A stretch of 64,000 bases of DNA from Paraspadella gotoi (lineage: Eukaryota > Animalia > Chaetognatha): contig CM119267.1 of assembly GCA_051294375.1 (NCBI GenBank), positions 9,015,709-9,079,708 of the forward strand, in the 5' to 3' direction. Positions 41,201 to 52,100 of the stretch are shown one piece after another. How positions within the stretch are numbered: position 1 is the first letter of the stretch; each line of letters begins with the position of its first letter. The position numbers and the translations under genes are program-made. A model generated the notes under the pieces. The model searched no databases. It had not been told where the DNA came from and was given only the letters and a program-made list of their open reading frames with translations.

Positions 41201-41901
41201 ACAGATATTGCATCAAATATCCAAAACTGTATGTTGCTGGTCAACACAATTTACTTTTCAATAAAAAGGTTTTTGCGCAATCCGTGGTTCAGGGTGTAAT
41301 TTCATCCTTCATTATTTTTGGAATACCATTCGCAGCGTTTTCTAGTCAAACCGATCAGTTTGGTGTCGATTTATCTGATATTCGTGGAGTTGGCGTCTCT
41401 GTTGCAACTTGTCTGATATGGGGTGTAACCATTCAGTGCGCCCTGGAAACCCAATATTGGACGTGGATCAATCATTTTTTTACGTGGGGTTCAATTATAC
41501 TTTTCATGTTGATTCAAGCAATATGTTACTCGGACAAGTTAACGTTCAGCTTTCTTTATGAGTATATGGGGGTTACTCCTCAAGTAATGGTCACTCCAGG
41601 ATATTGGTTATGCCTGCTATTATCTTTAGCAGTTTTGTTGCTACCAATTCTGGCGTTAAAATTTTATTACAACAGAGTCCGTCCAACACTGTCCACTCAT
41701 CTTCGTGAGCAACATAGCTGGACCTCTAAATCTCGTTCAGATCTTAGCATAATTCGAGCTTCGCAGAAACGTCCTAGGAGCAGCATTCGCTCAGGATATG
41801 CTTTTTCACATAAAGAAGGTTTTGGTGATCTCATAACTTCTGGGCAAATGTCTCAAAGATCCCGACCTCCATCAGCTGCTGGAAGATCAGAAGAAAGTTG
41901 A
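38293..41901 (+). CDS. P4-ATPase phospholipid flippase, ATP8B class, intronless CDS (~1202 aa)
   Basis: Single ORF from ATG 38293; LDGETNLK, VPISLYVS, FSDKTGTLTQN, CKGAD, LTGDK, GDGANDVSMI, C-terminal RSGYAFSH typical of ATP8B proteins. Confidence 0.96.
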   Translation: MGFPFLREKEKPEEIERRIYANDPERNATYQYANNFISTSKYTWFTYLPKNLFEQFQRLANFYFLCLAILQFMPVISSLTPITTVLPLIFVLVVSGLKDLIDDYYRHQSDNTVNSRSSSLLARDVMSSEIKKERWENVQVGDIILMENGEFIAADLLLLSTSDENGLCYIETAELDGETNLKVRQALPETAELKDDLRKMSEFKAELICEPPNNRLSKFEGTLNWNNKRFALNNDKILLRGCVLRNTEWAFGLVVFAGKDTKLMMNSGKAIFKRTSIDKLMNFLIIGIFLFLVCVCLLAAIACSAWEYFVGFKSRVYLPDLSSILPEGREISSLSIGGLYFFSYVIILNTVVPISLYVSVEVIRWTHSMWINWDAKMWYKVKGKDGYARARTTTLNEELGQIEYVFSDKTGTLTQNIMTFNKCSINGIFYGDCFDKDNNAIDPSPLTPSVDFSNNPYFEKSFKFYDPTLLEKSKQKDEHVCLFFRVLALCHTVMPAENDEGSLIYEAQSPDEAALVSAARNFSFVFKSRTPKSISSIENKKVEVYELLHILDFNNVRKRMSVIVKKNGIITLYCKGADNMIFERLNDDSTPLKEITTEHLTRCASEGLRTLCLSYRHLPEDIFKKWERKWLEASTAMENRDDKMHEAMEEIEVEMTLIGATAIEDKLQDYVPETIANLARAEMKIWVLTGDKLETALNIGYSCRLLTDEMAEVFIIEGEDKTSVRESLVQAKKRMGLKSKGNNHFPTSSSRADLISHNQLLDSPVSDENNHNMLDGDVSKHNRIFNPDGLGYALVINGNSLAFALQEDMEKLLFETATNCVAVICCRVTPLQKALVVQMVKNRKSAITLAIGDGANDVSMIRAAHIGVGISGQEGLQAVMASDFSIAQFRYLERLLLVHGRWSYVRMCKFLKYFFYKNFAFTLAHFWFAFFCGFSAQTVYDQLMFIALFNLVYTSMPILMLACFEQDVDDRYCIKYPKLYVAGQHNLLFNKKVFAQSVVQGVISSFIIFGIPFAAFSSQTDQFGVDLSDIRGVGVSVATCLIWGVTIQCALETQYWTWINHFFTWGSIILFMLIQAICYSDKLTFSFLYEYMGVTPQVMVTPGYWLCLLLSLAVLLLPILALKFYYNRVRPTLSTHLREQHSWTSKSRSDLSIIRASQKRPRSSIRSGYAFSHKEGFGDLITSGQMSQRSRPPSAAGRSEES

Positions 41902-43507
41902 ATTTAAAACTATTTCCGCCTAAAACTTTTAACAATGTGGTAACTGAGCTGTTCTATTTTCTGCACTTTTGCTAATGATATATTTTTTAAAAAACTATTG
42001 ATGCATCCAGTTTGGACTTTGTATTGTGCCTTCGTTGAGAACAGTTTTATTCTCAATTACAAAAAACTTTGTATAAGTTATATTTTTATAAACAATGAAA
42101 GTGTTTCAATGTTTTAGTAGATTTATAACGTATTAACCAACATTTCATGAATAATTCCGGTTTTTTAAAAACTTATTATTGTTACATGCTGTGATATGAA
42201 TATTACAATTGTACTTAAATTTAAAATGTTAATAAAATAATTTCAATTTAATCATTTTTTAACATCGAAAATTTAAGTGATTCTATGAAAAAATAAAAAA
42301 CCCTAATTTTAAAAATGTCATCCCTTCTGAATAATATAGTTGAAATTGATCTCTGTACAACTATATTTATTGTTAAAGAGTTCCTATTGTTATTTTCGAG
42401 TATTGATAAAATATTCATTGTTAAAAATTTGATTGCCAAATTTTCAGTTAATTCGGGGTGCTGGTGAAGTTTAAGATAATGCGACAAACTTGGTTTCCAT
42501 TATAATAATTCTCTGGTTTTTCGAGATTAAAAGAATAACCTAGCGCTCTTCCTAGAGATATCCCGGGAAACCCCCGATTAGCTGAATATTTTGCTACTAT
42601 AATAATTGTACCATATCTCGATTTTGGTTCTCTTATTTATATAATAGAATTTCCAATTACTTTCTCTAGTCATAATAAGTATTTAACTCAATCTTTGGGT
42701 GTTTGGTAAAGGTCAGTTTTCTTTACAGCAACGTTGCGTATTTTCTAACTTCCTACCTTATTTTCATTAAAATAAACCTAAAATGCAATTACGGCAGTGT
42801 TGAGAGGGAGTGCCTGCACGGTGCTAATATCTAACCACGATCGCAAGCTCGGTTGTATGAAGGAAACAAACCCAGGACTCGCCGTTGTTAACCGTCGTTA
42901 ACTTGCCAATTACACAACGACGCGGAAGAGAGGATTCTTCTTTGATTAGGCGGTTTTAGGATACCTCCACTCGATTATATTTTGGTTTAGGATTTAATTA
43001 GGTTAAATAAGGTTAATATTATGCTTTCACAGTTGTAAGAGGTCAGGTTTGCGTCTTCGGAAATGTAAAATAAAACGGAAAACCGACTTACTGACGCTTA
43101 GCAGCTTGCTTCAGGTTGGATTAATTTCTGATCGGGCTGTAACACCATTCTCCCGGGTTTCTTTCCCGAAAAATAATCAAATAACTAAAATTAAGTAATA
43201 TTTACCTACTTTTGTTATCTCCACCAGCGGTAGGAACCACGAAAATTCACATTCTTGCTCCTTAGTTTCTAAACTTTGTTAATCGTAATAATCGTTTGTT
43301 TCACAATGAATTGCTAATCATGCATTCAAATTCTCGCCCTTTTGATAGTAAGTTTCCTATCGACACTTTCACACTTAAAGCCGTTTGATGTCTTTGTTTC
43401 AATATTACACTGTCACTTTTCTTAAGGAATAGAGAATATTATGGACTACGACTAAAACTAAAAATTAGCTGTGAATGTGTTATGAATGTACAGTTGATCA
43501 GTCGATT

Positions 43508-44865
43508 ATGGGAAATTTTATTCCAAAAAGCGAGCCTGTTGTCGACGGAGCTCTCGCCGGGAATCTAACTCTCGAAGGTGCGAAAAATTATATATATTTT
43601 TTTATTTATTATTTATTTGGTTGTTGTTTTTTTGTTTTTAAATAGGCGCCGCATCTTTGATAAAATCTGGAAAATGCAAACAAGTTTGCTTCATGACAGG
43701 AGCCGGGATATCGACTTCAGCCGGTATCATTTCATGTTACATTGTATATGATTGGCGAAATAGCCAACTTATTTTGGTGTTTAGGCATTCCGGACTTTCG
43801 AAGTCCAAATTTGGGTCTTTATTTCACGATGGCGACAAAGTTCAAACTCAGCAACCCTATGAATTTGTTCATGATTGATTATTATGTAAAACACCCCGAG
43901 CCGTTTTTATATTTGGCTAAGGAGATGGTGAAACTCGATGTCAAACCGACCGTGAGTCATTATTTTCAATATTTGCTCGAAAGAAAGGGTATTTTATTAC
44001 GGTAAGTTATTAAAACTATTTAATATCATATTTGTGCTAGCAAAACTTTAGCAACGTAATTTCTTCACAGATCTTTCACACAAAACGTCGACGCGTTGGA
44101 GCTTCTGGCGGGAATGCATGCAGATCTCGTCGTCGAGGCCCACGGATCTGCACGGGGTGCGCACTGCCTCAATAGCAAATGCCGAAAACCCTTCTCTAGG
44201 GATTGGTTCGTGGACAAAGTATGTTCCGAAACTTGATAAAACTAAACCACGAATATCTTCTTTATTTTTTTGTTCAGGTATTAAAAGACGAACGACCTAA
44301 CTGCGACGAATGTGGAAATCTTGTAAAACCCGACATAGTCTTCTTCGGTGAAATGTTACCAGGTCGTTTTTTTGAAACGGCCCGTCGAGATCTACCCCGT
44401 TGCGACCTCTTGATTATTATGGGGACGTCTTTGGTCGTACAGCCTTTTGCTTCAATGGTGGACCAGGTTTTCCCCCTACATCTTTTTTTGACATTCGTTG
44501 TTCTTGTACATTAATAAGTATGATTTTTTCGATCCGCGAAGGTCCCAGACTCGTGTCCTCGCCTGTTGATAAACCGAGAACCGGCGACCGGCGGCGGATG
44601 GTGGGCCTCGATCTTTGGCGGAGGCGGGGGACTTCGCTTCGACGCCGCTGCCAATTCTCGCGACATCTTTTGGAAGGGCGACTGCGACGTCGGGTGTCAG
44701 CTGTTAGCGGACTCGATCGGGTGGGGGGACGAGTTGAGGCGAATGGTTAAGGAGGGAAACGAACGGCTAGAACGAACTGGTGGGAAAATAGGAGGGGAAA
44801 TTGAGGAAGGGGACGATCAAGCCGCAAATGACGATAAGACGCTTGAGGTCGGGGCGCCTTCATAA
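43508..44865 (+). CDS. SIRT2: NAD-dependent deacetylase, class I sirtuin (SIRT2-like), 6 exons
   Basis: GAGISTSAGIPDFRSP, TQNVDALE, VEAHGS, Zn Cys pairs CLNSKC and CDEC, KPDIVFFGE, MGTSLVVQPFA, LINRE, GDCD. Confidence 0.9.
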
Positions 44866-45012
44866 CCGATTCTACTTTATTTCAATTTATGATAATTGGT
44901 GATTATTTTTATTTAATATATTAATAGTCGGTTTACCTTTTTGTATATTTTTTTTAGTATTTTTTTAGTAATCCAAGTGATCGATCGTGGTTAAAAATAT
45001 GACTTGATAAAA

Positions 45013-45767
45013 ATGGATCCTAATCCTCTCACTTCTGGAAACAATTTGAAAAAACAGATTCAAAAAAACGTGAGATCAAACTTGACATTGCAGGTACAAC
45101 GTACACTGTACACGTATATATTCTGATGGCGTTTTATTTTCCATGGGATCGCTAGTTAAAAGCCGGAAGACAATTTTCTAATTATACTGTACTGTAATTG
45201 TACTGAATGATAATGACATCAAAATATTTATTTTTCTAGATATTGTTTTTCTGCAACATATTTGCTGTGGCAGCAATAGTCATCGTCGAAATTCTGATTT
45301 ACATTTATAAAGGAGTCAATCTTCCTTATCCTCCCAACACATTAATTTTTGAAATTGTGCTACTTCTATTGTTTCCCGGTAAGTTAAATGTTATTCTTGA
45401 TTTATTGAACAAAATGAGCAATCAACTTATCTACTTTTCAGCGATCGAGGCGGTACGCCTCTACTTTGGCATGAAAGGCAATTTAACTCGTCGGATTCCC
45501 GGTGTTATTGTCGCCCTTTGCTTTACTGTTCCGGCATGTTTATTCTCCATTCACCTTATGCTTTGGCAGGTGCATAAACTGTATATTCTATAATCTATAT
45601 TTATTATCTTTACCTTAATTTAAATAACATCTCCTTTACAACAGACTTACGTACTTCGCCTGGAGTTTATCCTATCCATCTTTCATGTCGTCATGCTTTC
45701 TCTCGAAATCGTTTTCTCCATTGTCGCCGTGATTGGTTTCGCCAGATCACCGGACGTTTATTCCTGA
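45013..45767 (+). CDS. TMEM216: Ciliary transition-zone membrane protein, TMEM216/TMEM80/TMEM17 family, 4 exons
   Basis: RSNLTLQILFF, YKGVNLPYP, IEAVRLYFGMKGNLT, LWQTYVLRLEFIL. Confidence 0.87.
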
Positions 45768-45808
45768 CCTTTTAATCCAAGCGTCGGACGGAAATTCATC
45801 GCGACGAG

Positions 45809-48800
45809 ATGGCTGCCGAGGAATCTCTCAACCAAGAATCCTTGGCCGAGTTGGAGCAAAAAATGGAGCACGAGTGGCGGAGGCTGCAGCAGCGTAGGAT
45901 GGAAGTCGCGACGGCGACACAGAGAGAGTTGGAACGAGAATTAGCCGAGGAGCGAACCAAAGCGACGGAATTTGCGAAGGACCTCGATTATAAAGACGGG
46001 TTGTTGGAAGAGAGGGATAAAGAGGTCGATCAGTTGTCCGACTTAAATGAGGAGTTAAAAGTAAGATTAAAGATCCAGAAGATATTCTTACTTTCTTGGC
46101 CTTAGGTAAGGAAAGTACGGATTTGATTTGATTTTTTACAGGGACAAGTGCTGAGCAAAGACGTCCAGATTGCCGACCTGAGAGCGACGGTTAATTCTCT
46201 CAAGCATCAGTTGAATCTGAAAGAGAAGGAGGTGGCGGAAACACAGAAGAGATTTCAAGATCAACTACGATCTCGGGAAAAAGAACTTGACGTTGTTCGA
46301 CGCGAGACGGAAGCCCATTTACAGAAAGAGAGGGACGAACTGGAAACCGTCAAACGGCAACTGAAGCAAAGGTATTGTTGGAGTAACATGGACCACTTTG
46401 TAATTTCTTTGACGTCGTCCGTTCCTTCAGGTTCATCGACATGGAAGACGACTTGGAAAATCAAAGACGCCAAATTACCCAAAGCTTCGACGACGCGATG
46501 AAGAGACGAGACTCGGATTGGCGAACCAAAACGGAGACGTTGGAAGCGAATAACATGGCGGACGAGTTGAAGATAAAGCAGATGGGTTACGAGGTTCAAC
46601 TACTCAAGGGAAATTTGGAGGCTTTCGAAAAGGACGAACGGATAAAGCAAGAAGAGTGGGAAGGGAAACTGAAGGAGGCTGAAAAAGCCAAGTGGGAAGT
46701 GGAGAGCCTCCTGGTGCTTAAGGTAAGCCGCATTATTCGAGGTCTGTTGAAAATAGACTAATTCGTAATTGCCCTATCAGGACGCTCGGCTAAAGGAAGC
46801 GGAACTAGCCTTAAAGAAACTTCAAGCGGAAGGGAAGGCACTGGCGGAGGAACAACATCGGAAAAGGGAAGAACTCTCGAGAAAGTTGATGGAAAGAGAA
46901 GGACAGCTCGAAGCCCAACGCCGTTCCTTCGACGATCAAATGGAGCAAGCTGAGGGAAAACTCTTGGAATTGGAGGCCAAGCTCGATCGCATGGAGCAGG
47001 AGAGGAGGAAAGAGGAGTGGGGATTGGAAGACGCCGTCTCGTCCAAAAACAAAGAAATAGCCGCGTTGAAGACAAAACTGGATAAACAAGGAAAAAACGC
47101 CGAAATGAAGATCGTCGACGGACTCCACGAAAAGAGCAGCGAGCTTAATCGAACCAAGGATTTCTTAAAAGTAGGCGTACGACGCAAATCGCGCGGTTAA
47201 ATCAAGAGCAGATCGAAGTAGCTATTTAAATTTTGTTGGTTTTTTCAGAAAATACTCGGCGAACGGGATCAGGTCAAAGAAGATTTGGATTGGTACAAGC
47301 GCGAATTGGCTTCAACTGGCACCCGCTTGGCCGAAATGGAAAAATCCAAAGCCCAGCTCGAGTTTGATGTGGAGGCCAGAGTCGACGAAGTCAGGAGAAA
47401 GGTTTGTTTATACATTAATTTACGCGAGGAGGTCAACAAAGTTTTCATTGTTTTTCTTCATAGGAAATTTTTCGCAACGAAGAGTTGGTACGAACTTTGA
47501 CGAAACAACGAGACGACGTGGTCGCGCAACTCGAGGAAATGCGCCTTCGTGTGACGCGTCATCGAGTTTCGGCTGCGGGTGATGGACCCGACGACGTGAT
47601 CAACGTTGAAGCTTTGCACCATGAAAACGAGCAACTCAAAGCCATCGTCAAAACGATGAGAAAGCAAACGGAAGATATGGCGCTCCAGGTCGGCGACGGT
47701 CGATCAGATTTTGTGAAAAAACCGCCTCCATCCGAAGTCGCTGAAGGTGGGACCAATGTTGGCGGACTAATACCAGATTACGTTATTTACCTTGAAAATG
47801 AAGTGCGTCGTTTGAAGAAAGATAACGCTGAACTAGAGGAGAAAATACAACTAATCAAAGGTACGGTTGACATCCATTTTATACTTTAAAATCAGTTTTA
47901 ACTATTCTTGTTTTTAAAAGGGGCCGCGACCGCGACACGTCGTACCATCCCGATTTGCGCCTGCGCGTCCGAAAAACGTATCGTATCCGCAAAGGCGAAC
48001 GTCGCCGACTCTGAGCTATTTTCGATCGTCCAGAGGCAAAAGGCGATGATTGAACAACTCAAATCTTCACAAGGCGTCGCTGGTGGACGCACCAAGGCTA
48101 AATTGAAAGAAGCTGTCAGGACCATTCGTTCCCTCGTTCATCAAAAGCATCAACTCATTGAGATAAACAACAGACTTAGAAGTGACTTCGCCGCCGCGGC
48201 TTTACACGATACCCCAGCGAGGCCCTCTGGGGGATTTTCAATATCGCCAGAAAAAGCCGAAGAGATGCAGTATCACCTCACGAAGGAGCAACTGAAGTTT
48301 GCTACTTCCTCTAAAAATCTTTTAACTGATGATCCCTCGAAAACGACAAAAACTGATGTGCCAGCGACAACGGCTTTGGTTACAACGTCCTCCGTAGTAC
48401 CAACACCGAGCTCTACTACTAAAGTCAGCCTCTTCCCTCCTCGAACCCTTGGAACTCGTTCGTTTTCAGGCAAAGTGTCTATTAAACCTGCAGCTTCTTC
48501 GTCGTTTACCTCAAATCCTTTGCAACCTTCGTCCGTCCAAAATTCCGCCGTCGCCAATACTCATTGTGTGCCTGAACGCGACGTTTCAAAAATATCTATC
48601 CAAGCGACGAGCGCGCCAGCGAAAATTTTTCCTCCGCCTCGTAAAGTTAAGCAAAACGGTCGAACTAAAGGCCGCACTGTTAAAGCCGGTGCCATATCTA
48701 AAACTGGCTCCGTCCCAAAAGTGAACCCTTTTTTATCTTCAACGCCGTCGCAACCACCGCTCATAACCTACGTAGCTCCGGAGTTGCAGGAAGAGCAACC

Positions 48801-49026
48801 TGTTGAAGTACCCACCTCACCCTCGCTCCCGATACCTCCCATGTCCGAAATCGTGGAGACCGCCTTACCACTCGATACCGCAGTCTCGCCTTCCCGCCCT
48901 ATAACGGGCCTCGAATCGTTCTATTCGGAAACTCACAACGATCGCCAATTAAACGCTTCGAGTTCCTTGACGGGGGAGAGCTCGTTGCAGGACGTGTGGA
49001 ACATTCTTGATCAGTCACTGCAATGA
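45809..49026 (+). CDS. CCDC57: Coiled-coil domain-containing protein 57-like (centriolar), multi-exon
   Basis: N-terminus LAELEQKMEHEWRRLQQRR, long coiled coil, LHHENEQLKAIVKTMR, YVIYLENEVRRLK, KLKEAVRTIRSLVHQKHQLIEINNRLR, C-terminal SSLQDVWNILD. Confidence 0.78.
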
Positions 49027-49106
49027 CGTCTTCCTTTTTCTCACGCGATTTTTACTTATTTTCAAATTAAATGCTTTATTGAATTTTGTATCGGTTCATA
49101 GGTGAA

Positions 49107-52100
49107 ATGGAAAACGAAAACGAGGACATTCACATTTGTGGAAAATGTCGATTAGAATTTCACAATTTAGAATCTTTTCTTCAACACAAAGGTTCTTGTT
49201 TCAAACGATGTCCCACCGAGAAGCACGATGACGCCACTGGTACTTAAAGGCGTTTCGATGTTGGGATCTAAATTCTGAAATGCTGATGATATTTCTCTCC
49301 TCAGATGAATCTGCGGAAGCTGTTGCTTGCTCTCCGGCGGCGACAATTACAATCACGAGCGGTGGAATAGAGGAACTGGAACTAACGGTAAACGGTGCAG
49401 AAGCCGGCCTTGCGGAGGAAACGGTGGAGACCCTTCCTTCTTCCGACTCCGCCGATGGCGGCGTCGGTAAGCATGAAATTTTTTTCGACGCCTCACCCGA
49501 CGATCAAGGGAACCAATCTACTCAAAATGTGGTAAGAAATGAATCGGAACAAGTTTAAAATTAAAAAAAAACAAATTCTGAAGATTAAACCTAGAACTTC
49601 TAACTTATATAAAATCCGACGAAACAATTTCAACTTTATAAAAATAACAGATTGAACGGAGTGAAATAATCCCATAACGCGAGAATTTAAAACTGTAAGC
49701 CTCACAAATTTTCGTCGTCTAGTTTGTTCATAAAATCTATGAGCCAGTCGTTTTGCTCTTGCTTTTTTGTCTTTTGCTGGTAGTTAGAGATTTTTTTAGT
49801 CATCCCCGCAACTGGCAGGATTAATTTACTCTTATTTTCCTCCCCGTAACTTCGCCTCCCATCTATTGCCGGTCTTGCTACTTCGTCCCCGTCGCCTCGA
49901 TCGTTTCGTGGTTCGAAGACAAGTTGCTGGGCCTCTCTCGTGTTTTTAAAAGCTGTTTCTTCGTCGCCCGATGTTTCCGACGCGTTGGACAACTTTTTAT
50001 TCACATTTTGCGGAGTTGTATTGGTCGGATCAAAAGAAACGATGGCTAAAGTGATGACGATTTGAATAGCTATCGCAACCACTAGGCATATCACGATAAT
50101 TCCCACGCGATTTAGTTTTCCTTCGACACCCATCCACATCCATAGGCTCTCGGCGCATCCCGGTCTACCTGCGAGATTTAAAAAAAAAACAAGAACGGTA
50201 ATTCAAATGTTTTGCGCCGAAGTGACTGCCTTATGTGTATTTCTCGTGACATGACGTGACATGACATGAATAGGACCGCGAGTATTCCCTTGTTAAGTCA
50301 ATATAAGGTTAATATTGTTATTATATATTGTTATTATTGTTATTAGTATTATTGTTTAAAGTTTTGTTAACCGTTAATTTTTGAGGAACTTCGCTTAACC
50401 ATTAACATTTTTAACGGTTAACCCTTAAATTTGGTTAATTTTTTAATTTAACTTTAAATTTAAAATATTATTAATTAAAACAAACTAAAGTAATAAATGG
50501 TATTTTCATTTGAAATCTTGCTCCCGATAGGGCCAAACTTTGTCAATGGGGTGGGTCAGAAGTTTGATTTGGGAACCTTCCCAAATGAAACTTCATACAT
50601 TTCTGAGAAAGCTTTCAATGGACCAAAATTTTCTAAAATGGCTAGAAGCACTAGTAATTAATTTTTTAATATTTATTTATAGATAAGAAATGTCTAAAAT
50701 TTTTTTTTGAATTTTCAATTTTTTTTTAAAAGCAGATTCAGATAGCTTATAAAAAGTTGTCTACACAAAGTATAATTCTTTTTTCAATATTTTGATGATC
50801 AGTGGGTCAAAATTGGGAAAAACCTTAAAAAAACATCATCATCATCATCCGATAACTTTAATAGTTTTTGTTAATTTTTAGTAATAAAACATTAAAATTT
50901 TAAAAAGATGTAAGACACGATGCAAGTTAATGTGGCGAAGCGTACCCATGCAAATTTTTATCATATTTCTTAATCTGTGAGCTAAACTTAAAGCTTTACA
51001 TTAATAATACTGCATGCGCTTGGTTCTACCAGACTAACTTGCATCGTGTCGTAATTACATTTTTTGTTTAAATTTTTTAGCTCTATCAGAATCAATTAAA
51101 AAAACTTAAAATATCTAAAAAAAAATTTTGACATTAACTAATATTAATAATGGATTCGTTTAATGCTGTTCTCGTTAAAATTTAAATTTGGTCGGCTACC
51201 ACTATTCCTGAATCTTCAAGTTATCTTCTATTTCAGTTAGATGAGGTACACATTAAAGTTGTTAAATAAAAAATAGGTTTGAACAAACTATCTTGAAGGG
51301 GTACTTTTTTAATTTCTTAACTTTTTTCAAACCAATTACGGTTTTTTCCAAATTCACTTATTTACCTGTAATTGAAAAGTATGCCCAATTTTTTGCATCA
51401 AATGGGCGTCCAAAGTTTGTTTTCAAATCACATGCTTTGAACCTTTTAAAAAGGAAACGGCGTATTCTTTATTTTATTTGGATTTTAAAGATTATTATGA
51501 AATTATAATACAACCGCTGATCGGTGGACTTGATGTCTTCTTTTTTGTAGCGCTCTTCTCCAGCGGGTCCCTTACAAACTTCGTGTCCGCCGGCATTTAT
51601 TGGTGACGCCTTTGGGTTGCAAAACTGATTTTTGAGTGTTTGACGTTTTTCCACCGTCCTCCGCGTGGTTCGACGATAGCTTTTCAGCTCTTTTTGGTTG
51701 AGGGGACCTATTAGAAAAAAGTTTTAAAAGCATTGCGAAGGAAAACGAAAGTCACACTACATGTAGGAAAAAATTATGACTAGTTTTTTATATATTCTTA
51801 AATCGGTAGATAGAGAATGACTGTAAAATTGTAAATCTTAAGTTCCATTAAAACAAACCAAGCTATAATAATCAGTCAAATTTGACTTCTTTTTCTAGGT
51901 TGTCGCAATTTTTTCTTTTAATTTCTATAGAAAATAAAAATTTCAAAGATAGAAAAAGTCAATCCGGAAGTAAGTGATTTAATCCTGTTTGTTTCACATA
52001 AAAACTGCAGTTAGTGTCAAACGCCGTATAAAAAATTTGACTAGCGGTTGAAACACTGCGCTAATGGAATCTTGCATTTCTTAGTTAATTTTCTAACCAA

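Noticed and set aside
45765-45811. Stop-codon readthrough from TMEM216 into CCDC57
   Set aside because: The 41-nt spacer puts the ATG out of frame
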